Part shown: positions 27,501-39,411 of the stretch, one piece after another
Numbering within the stretch: position 1 is the stretch's first letter
How the letters are laid out: the number at the start of each line of letters is the position of its first letter
DNA from: Chlorokybus atmophyticus
Taxonomy: Eukaryota > Plantae > Mesostigma and Chlorokybus algae
Reading direction: 5' to 3'
DNA: 64,000 nt
Assembly (NCBI GenBank): GCA_009103225.1
Contig: RHPI01003642.1
Location: forward strand, 94,451-158,450
Made by a program: the position numbers and the translations under genes
The notes under the pieces: model-generated
Databases searched by the model: none
Told to the model about the DNA's origin: nothing
What the model saw: the letters and a program-made list of their open reading frames with translations, nothing else

Positions 27501-28920
27501 TTGCCAGCCCACCGCCAACACACAGTTGTCGGGTGACCATTGCAAGCAGGACACAGCTCCAGTGTCTTCAACAGTGCACCCCCAGTCTACCAGTGAAAGC
27601 GTCCGCAAGTATGCACACCTATCAGCTAAACTATACATGTCAACAACACCATCCCTTCGTCCAACAGCCAGCACCTGGTCGCAAACCAGTTGTTAAGCAC
27701 GACCAGTAATACCAAAGCATGTAGTAGCAGAATAGCGGCTTTATTGCAACTACCTCCGTCCGGGTTGCAATGGCTACACAGGCAGCATCTGAGGCAAGCA
27801 CGGTGTCCTTGTGCACTTGCTCAACGGGATGCAATCGAGACGTAGAAGTCTTTGCAACAATGACACGGCCATCCGCAACAACAATGGCTAACACCTGCAG
27901 CGCTGCACTGTACTCTAATTGAACAATCGAGTTGGGCTCAGGTGGGCTCTTTTGAGGGGAGGGACTGGTATCAGTGGCACCATGTGTGCCATTTGCAACT
28001 GCATCCTTTGGACTTTTGGGTGCTCCCCCAACCAAATCCAGCATCCCCAGGCGCTGTGAAACAAAGCATGTCATTAGAGCACTTTCCAGGTGTGGTAGGT
28101 CTCACACCAAGAACGGCATTGTTATGAGATTGGTTACAACTGACCACATCGCAAGCACTGAGGGCTTACCTCTCCACGCCATGTCATTAGCAACAACCGC
28201 CCATCTGACAGTCCCAGCAGCAGAGACTCGCCATCCGTTTCGAAAGCAAAACTGCCGACCACAAACCGCCTTGCAGCATGAGATTCAAAGCCAAGAGCAA
28301 AGTGACAAGAGGAGGATACTACATCATCGTCACATGCATCCAGCGACTGGTTACTCCTTGTCCATGCAGTGTTACAATGAGCTCACCATGATACATTGGA
28401 GTCGGCAAAGCGTGCAATGGCACGCAAGGAGAGTGTAACCCTTTTGAACTGCTGCGCAACAAGTGGATCAAGCAACTGCGCTATCTCTAGCAGTTCCTCC
28501 CCTTCAAGCACATCATAGAAGTGCAACGCATTGCCAGTAGTCTGCGAATCACATGGTTGTTAACATGCTTGGGCTGCATGCAACATGACACAAGCCGAAT
28601 GTGCATACCAGCACGACTAATGATGTGAAGTCTTTGCTCCAGATCGCGCGTGCATTTGCTCCTTCACTTGTCACTGATTCCTCTGTGCGTTTCACCTCTC
28701 CAAGTTTTACGCGATGCTATCAACAACCCACACCAAGTGAGCCGGCCGCCAGTACCAACCAAGCACAACATGTTGTGGGTACCTGATTGCCAGTCCATAC
28801 TTGAACCGAGTGCGATGTAATGACAGCAAGCCTGCCGTTGCCGTATGCAAGATGAACAATTGTTTGCGCGTCGTCCTCAACCGCTGCAAGTATCTTTGGC
28901 CATCCGTATGCAAAATACAT
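24521..28920 (-). CDS. RIC1: RIC1, RAB6/Ypt6 GEF complex subunit
   Basis: N-terminus MYFAYGWPK, beta-propeller exons, DPELEFDREVYPLG, LPCLLRHLL, HFSHSLEWLLF, VVSVARKTDERHW and TAACYILVIEKLEG. Confidence 0.92.
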
Positions 28921-29560
28921 CTCTTACACCGCAACGCTGTAGTTGTTGGCTTCGGGACACTGAAGATTCACCACTGGCCACCTTTCCTACTCACCATTTC
29001 GCAACCAACCACTTGCCACCTAAGCCTGCAGTGCACCGCGACATTGCACCAGTTGGTTGCAAAAGATCTAACCAACAATGCGCCCGTAGATTCTGTTCTC
29101 CACTTTGGCATGACTTGCACAAGCTAGTAACAATGCTGAGGGTGGCGAAATCATGCGCTGCAAGTTGATTTGCATGCCGCATTGCTGGCTGCATGACAGC
29201 CAGCATGTACCGCATGGCTTGTGGGAAGAGACGATAGTGAATGACGAAGATGGGAGTGGTAATGCCAGTACAGCAACAAACGTGATCACAAACTTGCAAG
29301 CTTCATGGACTCCTGTGCAAGCAGGCGGCTCACCTCTGCGTGTGCAAGGGACTTCTGGCGCAACAGCACAGATAGTGAAGCATTGATGTCGCGCCTTCAC
29401 ACATGAGATCCGCACATACCCCAAGCAACAGCGAGAAAGGCTCTCATCAGCAGTGCCTCATCCACCTCAACCTGCTCGTCCTGCCCCTCTGTTCCTCCTC
29501 CTGATCCTCCCCCGCCGCCGCCGCTGCAACCGCCAACGACAACGCTGGACTCGAACTGTT

Positions 29561-29568
29561 TAGGGTTT
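29561..29568. promoter_or_regulatory. Telo-box (TAGGGTTT = AAACCCTA) in the RIC1/GMPS divergent region
   Basis: Exact interstitial telomere-like motif between divergent genes; function is inferred. Confidence 0.35.
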
Positions 29569-29903
29569 CAGGCTGAAAATTTCACCCTACTTGGCACAGC
29601 GAACAATCGGAAAATTGCATACGGCTTCGATGACCGACTCGAAATCGGTGGCTTGCCGCGTTGATACAGCGTAGTTGATACCTGACGAAGCGTTGCAGGC
29701 TGCAGCGGCGGCGGCGGCGGCGGCGGGGACATTGCTGGTGGCGGTGGGTAAACAGAAGTTGGAGGAGGTGGAGAAGCAGTACCTGCATGTGCAGAGCTTT
29801 GTCATTGCCGCTGCTGTAAGAGCCGGGGGCAGGCGCATTGCGCGAGGTGCGCGAGGTGTAAAATTCTGCTGGGGCTGGAGGTTGGGGGTGAGGCTGCTTA
29901 CAC

Positions 29904-32585
29904 ATGGCAGCTTCGCTGCTGGACGCTGCGACGCCGGCGATAGATGCGGCGGCGCCGCCTCCAGCGAAGAGGCTGCGGGCTGGGAGGAATGCCGTGCTGG
30001 TGCTGGATTTCGGCTCGCAGTACACGCAGCTCATCGCGCGCAGGATCAGGGAGCTCGGCGTTTACTCCATCTCGCTGCCTGCGGACGCCAGCGAGCAGCG
30101 CATAGAAGACGCTGAGCCCGCAGCAATTATTCTCTCAGGCGGACCCAACTCTGTGCATGAGGAGGGTAGCCCTCAAGTACGCGCATTGGTTGGCTGCGAC
30201 ACTTTGAACAATGCAATTTTAGTAGCTCTCAATGCATGGCAAGCTGCATTGCACCGGGAATGCTGCTTAAACACTCAAATCCAATTGCATGTCACACTCA
30301 GCAATGAACGGCAATGCATGTTGACCTTTGTGAGCCTCCCTCTAGTCAGACCCTATCTGTCATGCGCTTGCCTCCACAAACTTGTGTGCAACTGCAGCGC
30401 TCTATGTGCACCAATAATCGGCGTGCATGTGCATAGTGATACTGGCATGCATGTGCACGCACAGATATACGAACACACATTAGTGAATGCTCTCCAGGTT
30501 GGTTAATGTTTGACTTGACAAGAAGTTTCACCTGTGCAGGTCAATGAGGGCTTTTTTGACTTCACAATCCGAGAGGGGATTCCTGTGCTGGGCATATGCT
30601 ATGGCATGCAGCTAATTGTTAACACCTTGGGTGGAAAGGTAAGACGCTTGCAGCTGTATTGTATCATCTAATGCAATGACTTCCCAGCCAGTGCTATGAG
30701 ACCATGCAGTTGCTTTCGCGTGGCTGATCACATGTTGAGTTACCTGATGTGATTCAAAGTACGTAGTCTTGTAGGTTTCAAGAGCAGAGGCTCAGGAGTA
30801 TGGCCGCATGACCATAAATCCTCTGGAAGGGTCCAAGCTATACGCAGACAATGCAGCACCTCAGACTGTTTGGATGAGCCACGGTGATGAAGTGGTTCAA
30901 CTACCAGAGAACTTCACATGCGTCGGGCGAAGTGATCAGGTTTGTGCAAGCAGTGTGCATTGCCAAGTGTTACCGCTTGTGCACGCTGGTGATGCTCGTG
31001 GACTGAACGCTAGGTGTGGCTTGCAGAACACAGTTGTTGCAATTGAGAATGTGGTCCACGACATATATGGTCTTCAGTACCATCCAGAGGTCACGCACTC
31101 GCAGAGGGGAATGGAAACTCTCCGGAGGTGGCTGTTCGATATTGCTGGTGAGCTTGCATCAGGCGCTTTTTATTGTGGTTGCGGATCATGACTGACTCGT
31201 CCCTACGACAGCTGTGCCTGCGACTTGGAAGATGGAGAGCGTGCTGAAAGAGGAGACGGATGTCATCCGCGAGATGATGGGACCTACAGACCATACCATC
31301 TGCGCCCTGTCCGGAGGTGTTGACTCAACAGTCGCTGCATGTTTGATCCACAGGGTATGGCCTTTTCCAACTCAATCAGTGTCAGTGCCTGAGCACGTAC
31401 GTTGTAACTGCGAGGAAAGTGGTGTTCACATTAGTTTTCAATCTTCCAGGCTATTGGAGAAAGGTTACACTGCGTGTTTGTGGACAATGGTCTACTACGC
31501 TACAAAGAAGCTGAGCGTGTTATGGACACATTCCAGAAGCACTTGCATCTTCCCGTCACACATGTGGACGCGTCCGAGAGGTTCCTATCAAAGCTGAAGG
31601 GCGTCACTGACCCAGAAACAAAGCGGAAAATCATTGGTGCTGAGTTCATCGCTGTGTTTGATGAGTTTGCCCAAAACCTTGAAAAAGAACTAGGACACCT
31701 ACCGCGCTTCCTAGTGCAAGGAACGCTGTACCCAGATGTCATTGAGTCCATGCCACCTCCTGGCTCGGGCAAGAAGCACTCACATACAATCAAGTCCCAT
31801 CATAATGTTGGTGGTCTGCCGAAGAACTTGCGGTTCACACTGATAGAGCCCCTGAAGATGCTGTTCAAGGATGAGGTACGTGTTACGACGCATTGTCTAC
31901 ACGCTGAGAACATATGGGCTTTGTATGCGAATTGAGCAATCGTAAAATGTAATTGGTAGGTGCGCGCGCTTGGCAAGTTGTTGGAAGTCCCTGCACGGTT
32001 TTTGGAGAGACACCCCTTCCCGGGCCCAGGGTTGGCGGTGCGCGTTCTCGGTGATGTTACAGCGGACGGAGCACTAGAAACTCTACGAGCAGTACGTTTG
32101 GGATTGTAGTTGTTTCGCATATCAACTTGATATCCGCTGGGTGTCTGGACAGGCGCTCACTGCGTGTACATTTTGCAGGTGGACGAAATCTTTGTGAACT
32201 GCATCAAGGAGAAGGGACTCTACCACGAGATCTGGCAAGCGTTCGGTGTGTTCTTGCCAATCAAAACCGTTGGTGTTCAAGGTGACAGGAGGACTCACTC
32301 CCATGTTGTCGCGCTGAGAGCAATCACGAGTTCGGATGGGATGACTGCCGACTGGTACGCCCCTTTGCTGCTGCGTGTCATGTCAAGAGTGTTGCCATGT
32401 ACTAGGTAGGCGCACCTCAGTGCCTTGAAGCTTGGCTGCTGGCAAACAATGTGTTGTGCAGGTATCACTTTAATCCTGACTTCCTTTCATATGTCTCCGG
32501 CAAGATTTGCAATTCTGTCGCTGGTGTTAATAGGGTCGTGTACGACATTACGTCAAAGCCGCCAGCTACTGTCGAGTGGGAATAG
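29904..32585 (+). CDS. GMPS: GMP synthase (glutamine-hydrolysing)
   Basis: [26 protein letters not shown] (catalytic Cys), [57 protein letters not shown] and C-terminal [17 protein letters not shown]. Confidence 0.97.
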
Positions 32586-33274
32586 TGCTGAATCTTCAAG
32601 CACTCAGTTCAAGGTGTTGCTTGACCATTCCTTGCAGATTGTGTTGCTCATAAGGCCACAAGGCCACCTCTGCAGTTGCATTCATGCCCAGGGCACAGTG
32701 ATTAGCACATCTGGCACAATATGGCATGGACACACTGCCTGCGCGATCATAATCTGCGTGAGTGAGCAGCAACATGTAAAGAGCACCGCACATGCTGAAC
32801 AGCACGGCGCAGCTAGTTTGGAGGGTTGAACAAGGATGCAGTTATGTAAAATGCATGTGTCCGTCGCCGTCGAAGTCTGTCAATAAGCTAGCTTCAACTC
32901 CTGGCAGGCATGGTTTTGCGAAGGGGAATGCTCTCAATGTCATGAAAGTGTTAAGCGTAAGCTACGTGCACAGCTCAAAACGCTGGCGGTGGAACTACTT
33001 AGGCATCATGCCCGAGTGCAGTTGTATAGGTCCTACGGCGCAAGTCAAGTTATTCACATAGCCAAGATGCGGTGCTTGCACACCATGTTCACAATGATGC
33101 TGAGTGCTGATTATGTACAAGGTCAACACCGCAATCGACTGTGCTTCATTAGTGCAGGCTTTACACTTATACACACATCTACGACCATAGGCTGTACACT
33201 AATCAACACCAAGGTGACCCCTTGCTGTACTGTAATGTCTCCAACAGTAACGTTCTTCACAACAGCATCACACC

Positions 33275-34919
33275 CTACATGGCCTCATCCGCCTCCAGAG
33301 TCGCCCCGAGGCTGTTGTTCTGCTGCATTCGCTCCAACACTCGGCGCTTCTCGTCATCCGGCAGCGCAGTGAACAAGAATATTGACTTGTCACCAATATC
33401 ATCCTGCAACAATCTGGCTGCATTAACACATCACTGCACTCGCTCATGAACGGCAACCCGTAACCTGATTGTCTCAGTACCTTGATGGCTTGTGTGAACT
33501 TGCGGGATGCAAAGACGCTGAACAGAGCAACCCAGCCGGCAAGCAATGGTGCCTCAAAAGACTGTGGCATGTGGACCTGTAAAAGAGCATTAAGCAACAT
33601 GCTGGCAGGTATGAATGCCGCCGAGCTGTCACAATGAACGTACAAGCAACCATTACCAGATGGCCTAGAAGAAGAGCCGGGATGGCCAAGAACAGCGCAA
33701 AGGCCTCGAGCTTGCCATAGCATACGCCTGCAGCACAACATCAATGCCCACGTCAGGAATGCTGCGCGCTGAGAAGAGTTTCCTACACTCCAATTGGAAG
33801 TCTTGAAGCACTCACCTTCTTTGAAAGCTATGCCGGTGAGTGCTGCAAACATCGGACCAACGAGCCAAACAGCCTCCGGATGATGAGCGATATGCTGCGT
33901 CAATGGCTCCGAGGCAGTTGAGCCAGCATAGATTGCACCAGCACATCCGACAAGCCACATCCCTTGCATGATTCTCTTCAGCTCACCCAAATACCTGACA
34001 CCCAAGGAAGACAAGAGACACATTGCACGCCATACAGCAACTGGAACAACACTGCTTGACAGGCAAACACATGATAGAACTGCAATTGAGTTAAGCTTAA
34101 ACGCTTACATATGCACCAGAACCAGCGATGTCCCGAGCCCAGCAGCACCGACCACCCAGGCTCCTTGTGACAGAGTTTGTAGCCAGCCAGCATCGGGAAG
34201 TGCGAGGGATGCTGCACCCGTGGTGATTGCTGGAATAACAAAAGTATGTCACCAATGCGCACAAGGCTGCATAAAATAGCAGCAACTACATGCTTCAGGT
34301 AATTGTCATAAGGGTCCGGCTCGCACGCTTACATGGGTGGTGAAGAAGTAAGGTGCTCTTGCAAAGTGTCCACGCATAATGCAGACGACAATGGAAGACC
34401 AAGAACACAAATGTGACGAGAATCGTGGAGTAAGCTACGTCGTGCACCGCACTCGCGCATATACTGGACAATACATATGAAGATGAACTCTAGAGGCATA
34501 CGCTGAGTGGCTCCAATGATGATGCTGTTGATAGGATAGGAACCGAGTGTTCAGTGGCTGTGCCTACTGTATGCCTTGTGTGAGGTAGCACCTGCCGCAG
34601 TGGCGACAATACCCGCCCGGTAGCCAAGAACCTCCTTGACGTCGTTCTCGTCCACTGTCCAGGGACCAAACCGCCCCTGGTACACCTCCGCAGCGCCGTC
34701 CTTTGCCAGCGAGCAGGAGGCTGTCCTGCCCCTGCCGCTCCTGCCCCTGCTGCTGCTGCTCCTCCACACCCCTCCCTGCCGCCTCAGCGACAACTCGACT
34801 GCAGCATTGGCCGGCGCTGCACCGCTTAGGGCACTACATCCCTCTGCAGCCCTCCTGCAGCGCGGTGACACCACGCAGCAAGCCCCCACAGCCGCCGCCG
34901 CTACCGCCGCCGCCGCCAT
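33275..34919 (-). CDS. DUF2301-family integral membrane protein with plastid-transit-like N-terminus
   Basis: VYQGRFGPWTVDENDVKEVLGYRAG, VGPMFAALTGIAFKEG and C-terminal DDIGDKSIF. Confidence 0.85.
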
Positions 34920-35448
34920 CGCCGCGCCAGTAAACAAAGTTGCTTGAGGAAAAGTGTTTAGCGACGCAGGACGGGATAGGCGGAGTGGAGATCCAGTGTG
35001 GAAAAAGAAAAAGTGTTGAGGCGACGTGGATTTACTAGCTGTGCGCAGCACACAAGCTTAGACCAGGGTGGCGATCAAGGTCGGGCGGTGGCGACGGCGG
35101 CGGCGGTCCTGGAGCAGGCGCAGGAGTCGGAGGAGGTCAAGAACGTGGTGTCGGTGGTCGAGCCGCAGGCTAGGAAAGGGTGTGGCGCACAAGGAGGGGG
35201 TGTACTGGGTGTATCGAGTGAGGGAGTAGCGCTGGTGCGTGTGCGTGCGTGTGGAGTGTTGGACGGCGACGGACAGGCGGACTTCGAGGATGCGGATGAT
35301 GGGAAGGCGCAGGTGGACGGCCGACAGCCGGCAGCTGGCGTGGTGCTGCTCCTGGAGGGTAGCGTAGCCTAGCGTAGCGTAGTACAAGGAGAGTCCAGCA
35401 GGTGGAACAGCTGTAGCAGTAACAGCAGCAGCACAAAGAGGAAAGGCC

Positions 35449-37695
35449 ATGCTGCGAGCGGTTGTGGTGGAGCTTCTGCCGGCGGCCAGCACACCAGCAG
35501 TAGTTAGGTTGAGCAGCAGCAGCAGTAGGAGGTCGGCAGGGTCCCTGGCCCGACCCATGGCGGCGACGGCCGTACTGCGGCCGCCGCCGCTGCTGCAGCG
35601 CAGGGAGGAGCAGCTGCAGCGGGCCGTGCTAGGCCGTACCGTGCGCGTCATGCAGTGGAACACCCTCGCTGATGGCCTGGCCCAAAACGGCGACTTCGTG
35701 CGGGTACCTACCTTCAGCACACATAAGCCTTCACTCACGGCTGAATCCCGTTCCATGTGCTTGTTAGTTGCCCAGGCAATTCTTACAGCGTCGTACTTGC
35801 TTGTAATCTGAAGCATTGTGCCAAGGGTTGCTATTCCCATATGTCAGCTACCATGCGGCATTCAACTATAGCACAGCTTCTGGTTCTTGTTTACTCTGTA
35901 CATGTTGCACCTGAGCGCTAGCTCCATGACAGTTGCGTGATCTGCTCAGTCAATATGCTGGTATGTTGGGACATCCTCTCCTGCAGCTCAGGTTCCATTG
36001 TTTGAAGCGAAAAGGTCTGGTCACATGCCTCGAGTCGATTGCAGATCCAATGTCTTTGTCATGCTTTCCTGCTGTGTTGTCTTGCAGTACGATCTGAATG
36101 CTGTTACACACTGCAGGGATCCTGTATAAACTGCAGACTGTTTGTAGGTTAACTTACGCTTCTTGAGCTGTAACATGCATATCATGCATGTTAAGAGAGC
36201 ATGACACTGCTCGTTTCATGTTTTGGCACCCCACCCTGCAGACACCTGAGTCTGCGCTCGAGTGGGAAGCACGGGGACCGCTGCTGCTTGAGGAAGTCTT
36301 GAGAGCAGATGCCGACCTTGTATGCATGCAGGAGGTCAATCACTTCGGTATGACTTATTCATTCAAAAACGTTAGTGCCTGCCTCATCGCATACGGCTTG
36401 AACTGACTCAACCTATTTTCGCAGATGACTTCTTCTTACCAAAGTTGCAGGAGCATGGATACAGCGGTGTTTTCAAACCAAAGAAGAAGTCACCAGCCCA
36501 GGTGATTACCAGTGTTGCATTAGTCTTGCTTGCTGTGCCAATGCACTGGTTTGTATGAGGTGATGTTCTTGATTGTTTTTCATTGATTTCTCGGTAACTT
36601 GGCGGCAAGCCTGACGGTTGTCTGGCTTGGCAGCGGTATGGGCTGCCGCCAGATGGTTGCGCCGTGTTCTACCGAACAAAACGCTTCTCCCTGTCAGGTA
36701 TTGTGCTTTACAACTGTATGCTGCTTGCTTGTTGCAACCACATTCAGCACTTGACTGGCTCTTGCATGCAGACTGCATTGTGGAGAATTACACAACCTAT
36801 GACGGCGATCTTGAGAATCAGGTGAGTGTGTTGTGCTATCTCACCCGAGTCGCTGGTGCAATGTCGCTGAGCTTCACTTTGCAGGGGCTTGTTGTGCTGC
36901 GATTGAGATGCAACAACAGCAACAACGAGTTGCTGTTGGCAAATACGCATCTCAAGGTGTGTGGCGATTAGAGTTGCAGCTGCACATGTTAGTTCATCAA
37001 ACACTGCTGTACATCAGCATGTTTACTCTGCTTGCTGAACTGCAGGCAAAGGTTGGCGCAGAGAACGACAGCAGGCGAAAACGTCAGGCGCTACAGTTGC
37101 TTGAGGTGCCAATGCTTGCAAAGCTTATGCGCCTTGTCTGGGCAATGCAGTCGAGCATGTCAGGGTTGTCTGTCATCAGCGAGGGATTGCGCTCATGCAC
37201 ACAGGGTAGTAGAGGCTTGCTGATGAGCGAACATATCAACACTTTCAGAAGCTGCAACTGCAAGCCATGCCCTGTGTTGGAGACAAAGTGAGCGCGCTGT
37301 CAGTACCTGTGCTGCTCTGCGGCGACTTTAACGCGACTCCGTTCTCTCCTGTTTGCGACACTGTGCGGCACCACTCCTTGCACCTGCGTAGCGCGTACGC
37401 GTTTATGGCGCAGCCGGACAGCGCGACGCTCGTGAACGGCCACGGGGATGGCGGCCCAGCCGCCGAACCTCAGTTCACCACATGGAAGGTCCGCACGTGC
37501 GGGGAGAAGGCGGAGACCGTGGATTACATCTGGTACTCAGGCGATGGCAGCCTGCTGCCAGTTAGGCGCTGGCAGCTTCCCACCAAGTCGGAGATCGGGG
37601 CGCTGGCCTTGCCTTGTAGCGTGTATCCTTCTGATCACCTCGCCTTGATGTGCGAGTTCATGTGGTGCGATGCCAGCGAAACGCATTGGCTGTGA
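35449..37695 (+). CDS. NOCT: Nocturnin/CCR4-like EEP-family phosphatase/deadenylase
   Basis: RVMQWNTLADGL, LEWEARGPLLLEEV, ADLVCMQEVNH, NTHLK, LCGDFNA, FTTWK, ETVDYIWY and YPSDHLAL. Confidence 0.88.
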
Positions 37696-38240
37696 CCTCT
37701 GCCTATCCAATTTTGCACGTTGTACAGTATTGGAGTTGTAGGTACGCGCTTGGTTGTTATGTCAGCAACAGATTCCGCAGAAGAAGCTCAGTTTTCTTGC
37801 AGCGTCACGTAGCTATTATCTAGCATGTAACCATACATGACAGTTGCGCACCCCAGTACAGTTGCGCACCTTCCTCAGTAGGCAAAGTCAGTTTTGCCCT
37901 TCCCGCCCAACCATGCAGCCCCTGACTTAAGGTGCTGTGGCCAAGTTGTTTTTGTGACGGACATCTTTGTGTTTCTTTCTAGGTGCGCACCTAGCATGAA
38001 AAGCTCGCGCACAGGGGGAAAGCAGAGTGGAACAGCATTTTATTTCGGGCAGCTTGTTGGGTTTGGATTGTATGATAGGTAATTACCGCACTGCGCCTAT
38101 AAAATACGAAGATGTTGGTGATTGTATACCAGAGCAGAATTGGATGAGGTAGGCTCTGCAGGCAGCTGATCAATAGATTACCTGTAGACTATGCACTTCT
38201 TACTGTGCAGCAATTCTTCGAATTTAGGATAAACGCTGCC

Positions 38241-38776
38241 TTATAGAGGAAGTAGTGGTATTTGAAAACTACTAAGTAAGTTTGGCTTCTTTAGTTTTAG
38301 CAGATGTGACTAGGTAAAAATAACCCCATGAAGAAATTTAAACAAATAATGTCTCTTTGATTCTGGGAATAATCAAAGATCATCTAGACCAATATTATAA
38401 TATACCCCCGAACTGTCAGAAGTCAGTTTTAATCCTTGTAAACCTTTAAGACGAGGCCAAACGGTAGTAATTAGTTTATCAAGAAGATTATATACCGGCT
38501 CTTCTCGCAAACTTACTTTACAACCAATATAATCATTTGTACGTAATGTAAAAGCTATAAGCAATTTTTTTTGCTCATGCTAAAGTAAAAATATGACCCA
38601 ATATCAATTCCAAAGCAACTACAAAGGATAAAACCATTTTTCTGCTACTTACTTCGTTTTTTATACTTCCGTAAACAATAATCTTTACAATCTTTGGTAC
38701 ATCCATAATATAGTTATAAAGACACTCATAAAATGGAACTTGTTAAATTACATTTTCGATTGAAATGAAACAGCAT
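38241..38776 (-). pseudogene. rpl5: Mitochondrial ribosomal protein L5 pseudogene (NUMT)
   Basis: Intronless AT-rich island. Frame-hopping translation gives ML-FHF..ENVI*Q, IMDVPKIVKII, ALELILG..AKK-IA, FTLRTNDYIGCKVSLR..VYNLLDKLITTVWPR, LFPE, LVTSAKTKEA and LLSSFQIP*, with several stops and frameshifts. Confidence 0.88.
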
Positions 38777-39411
38777 CGCATCCTTGCAGGTATAATTGCA
38801 GGAAGGACGCTTAACTATAGAGGGATCAGCTATACACTACGGTCATTTTACTTTCTTTCTTTTACTTTACAATATGTATCAATCGAGGTAGGCAGCCAAA
38901 GGTAGAAAGGCAAGAAGATAGAAAAGTAGGGAGGTACTGCATGCACTACTGCTGATCTGCGATAAAGAGTAATGTAACTCTACAACTTGGCGATTGGGTA
39001 CACAATGAAATACCATCCTGCAGCGTACCAGCTTTGGATTTGGGGGTAATCGGTTGGATTAGGAGTTAATCTTCTGATAAAGCGGGGTAATCGGTTGTAA
39101 TGCAGTGCATGACTCGACTGCTTGGACTGTTGTGTGCGGATGCTTCTGCAAACGGCAGTCGCAAAGAAGGTTCACTGGCAAATCAATTTCAGGCATAAAA
39201 CAGTATACAGTTGTATATACAATCACTGTTGTACACATAACCCTCTGCGTCTTTTGTACACTGGTGGTTGTTGCCTAGCCTGTGTTGGTGTGACTACTGG
39301 TGCTACATGTACAATGCATGGGCAACACTACTCCACACCTTTCATACACTGGCTGACTGCGTTTCTGTGCCTGTCTGCACTACCTTCACTGCTACACAGC
39401 TGTCCGTTCAG

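Noticed and set aside
27640-27760. tgcttaac near a RIC1 acceptor, resembling a U12 branch point
   Set aside because: The donor is GTAGTT, not GTATCCTT/ATATCCTT; the GTATCCT-like words elsewhere fall inside coding exons.
29559-29568. TTTAGGG as interstitial telomere
   Set aside because: Single unit only; treated as a telo-box, not a telomeric array.
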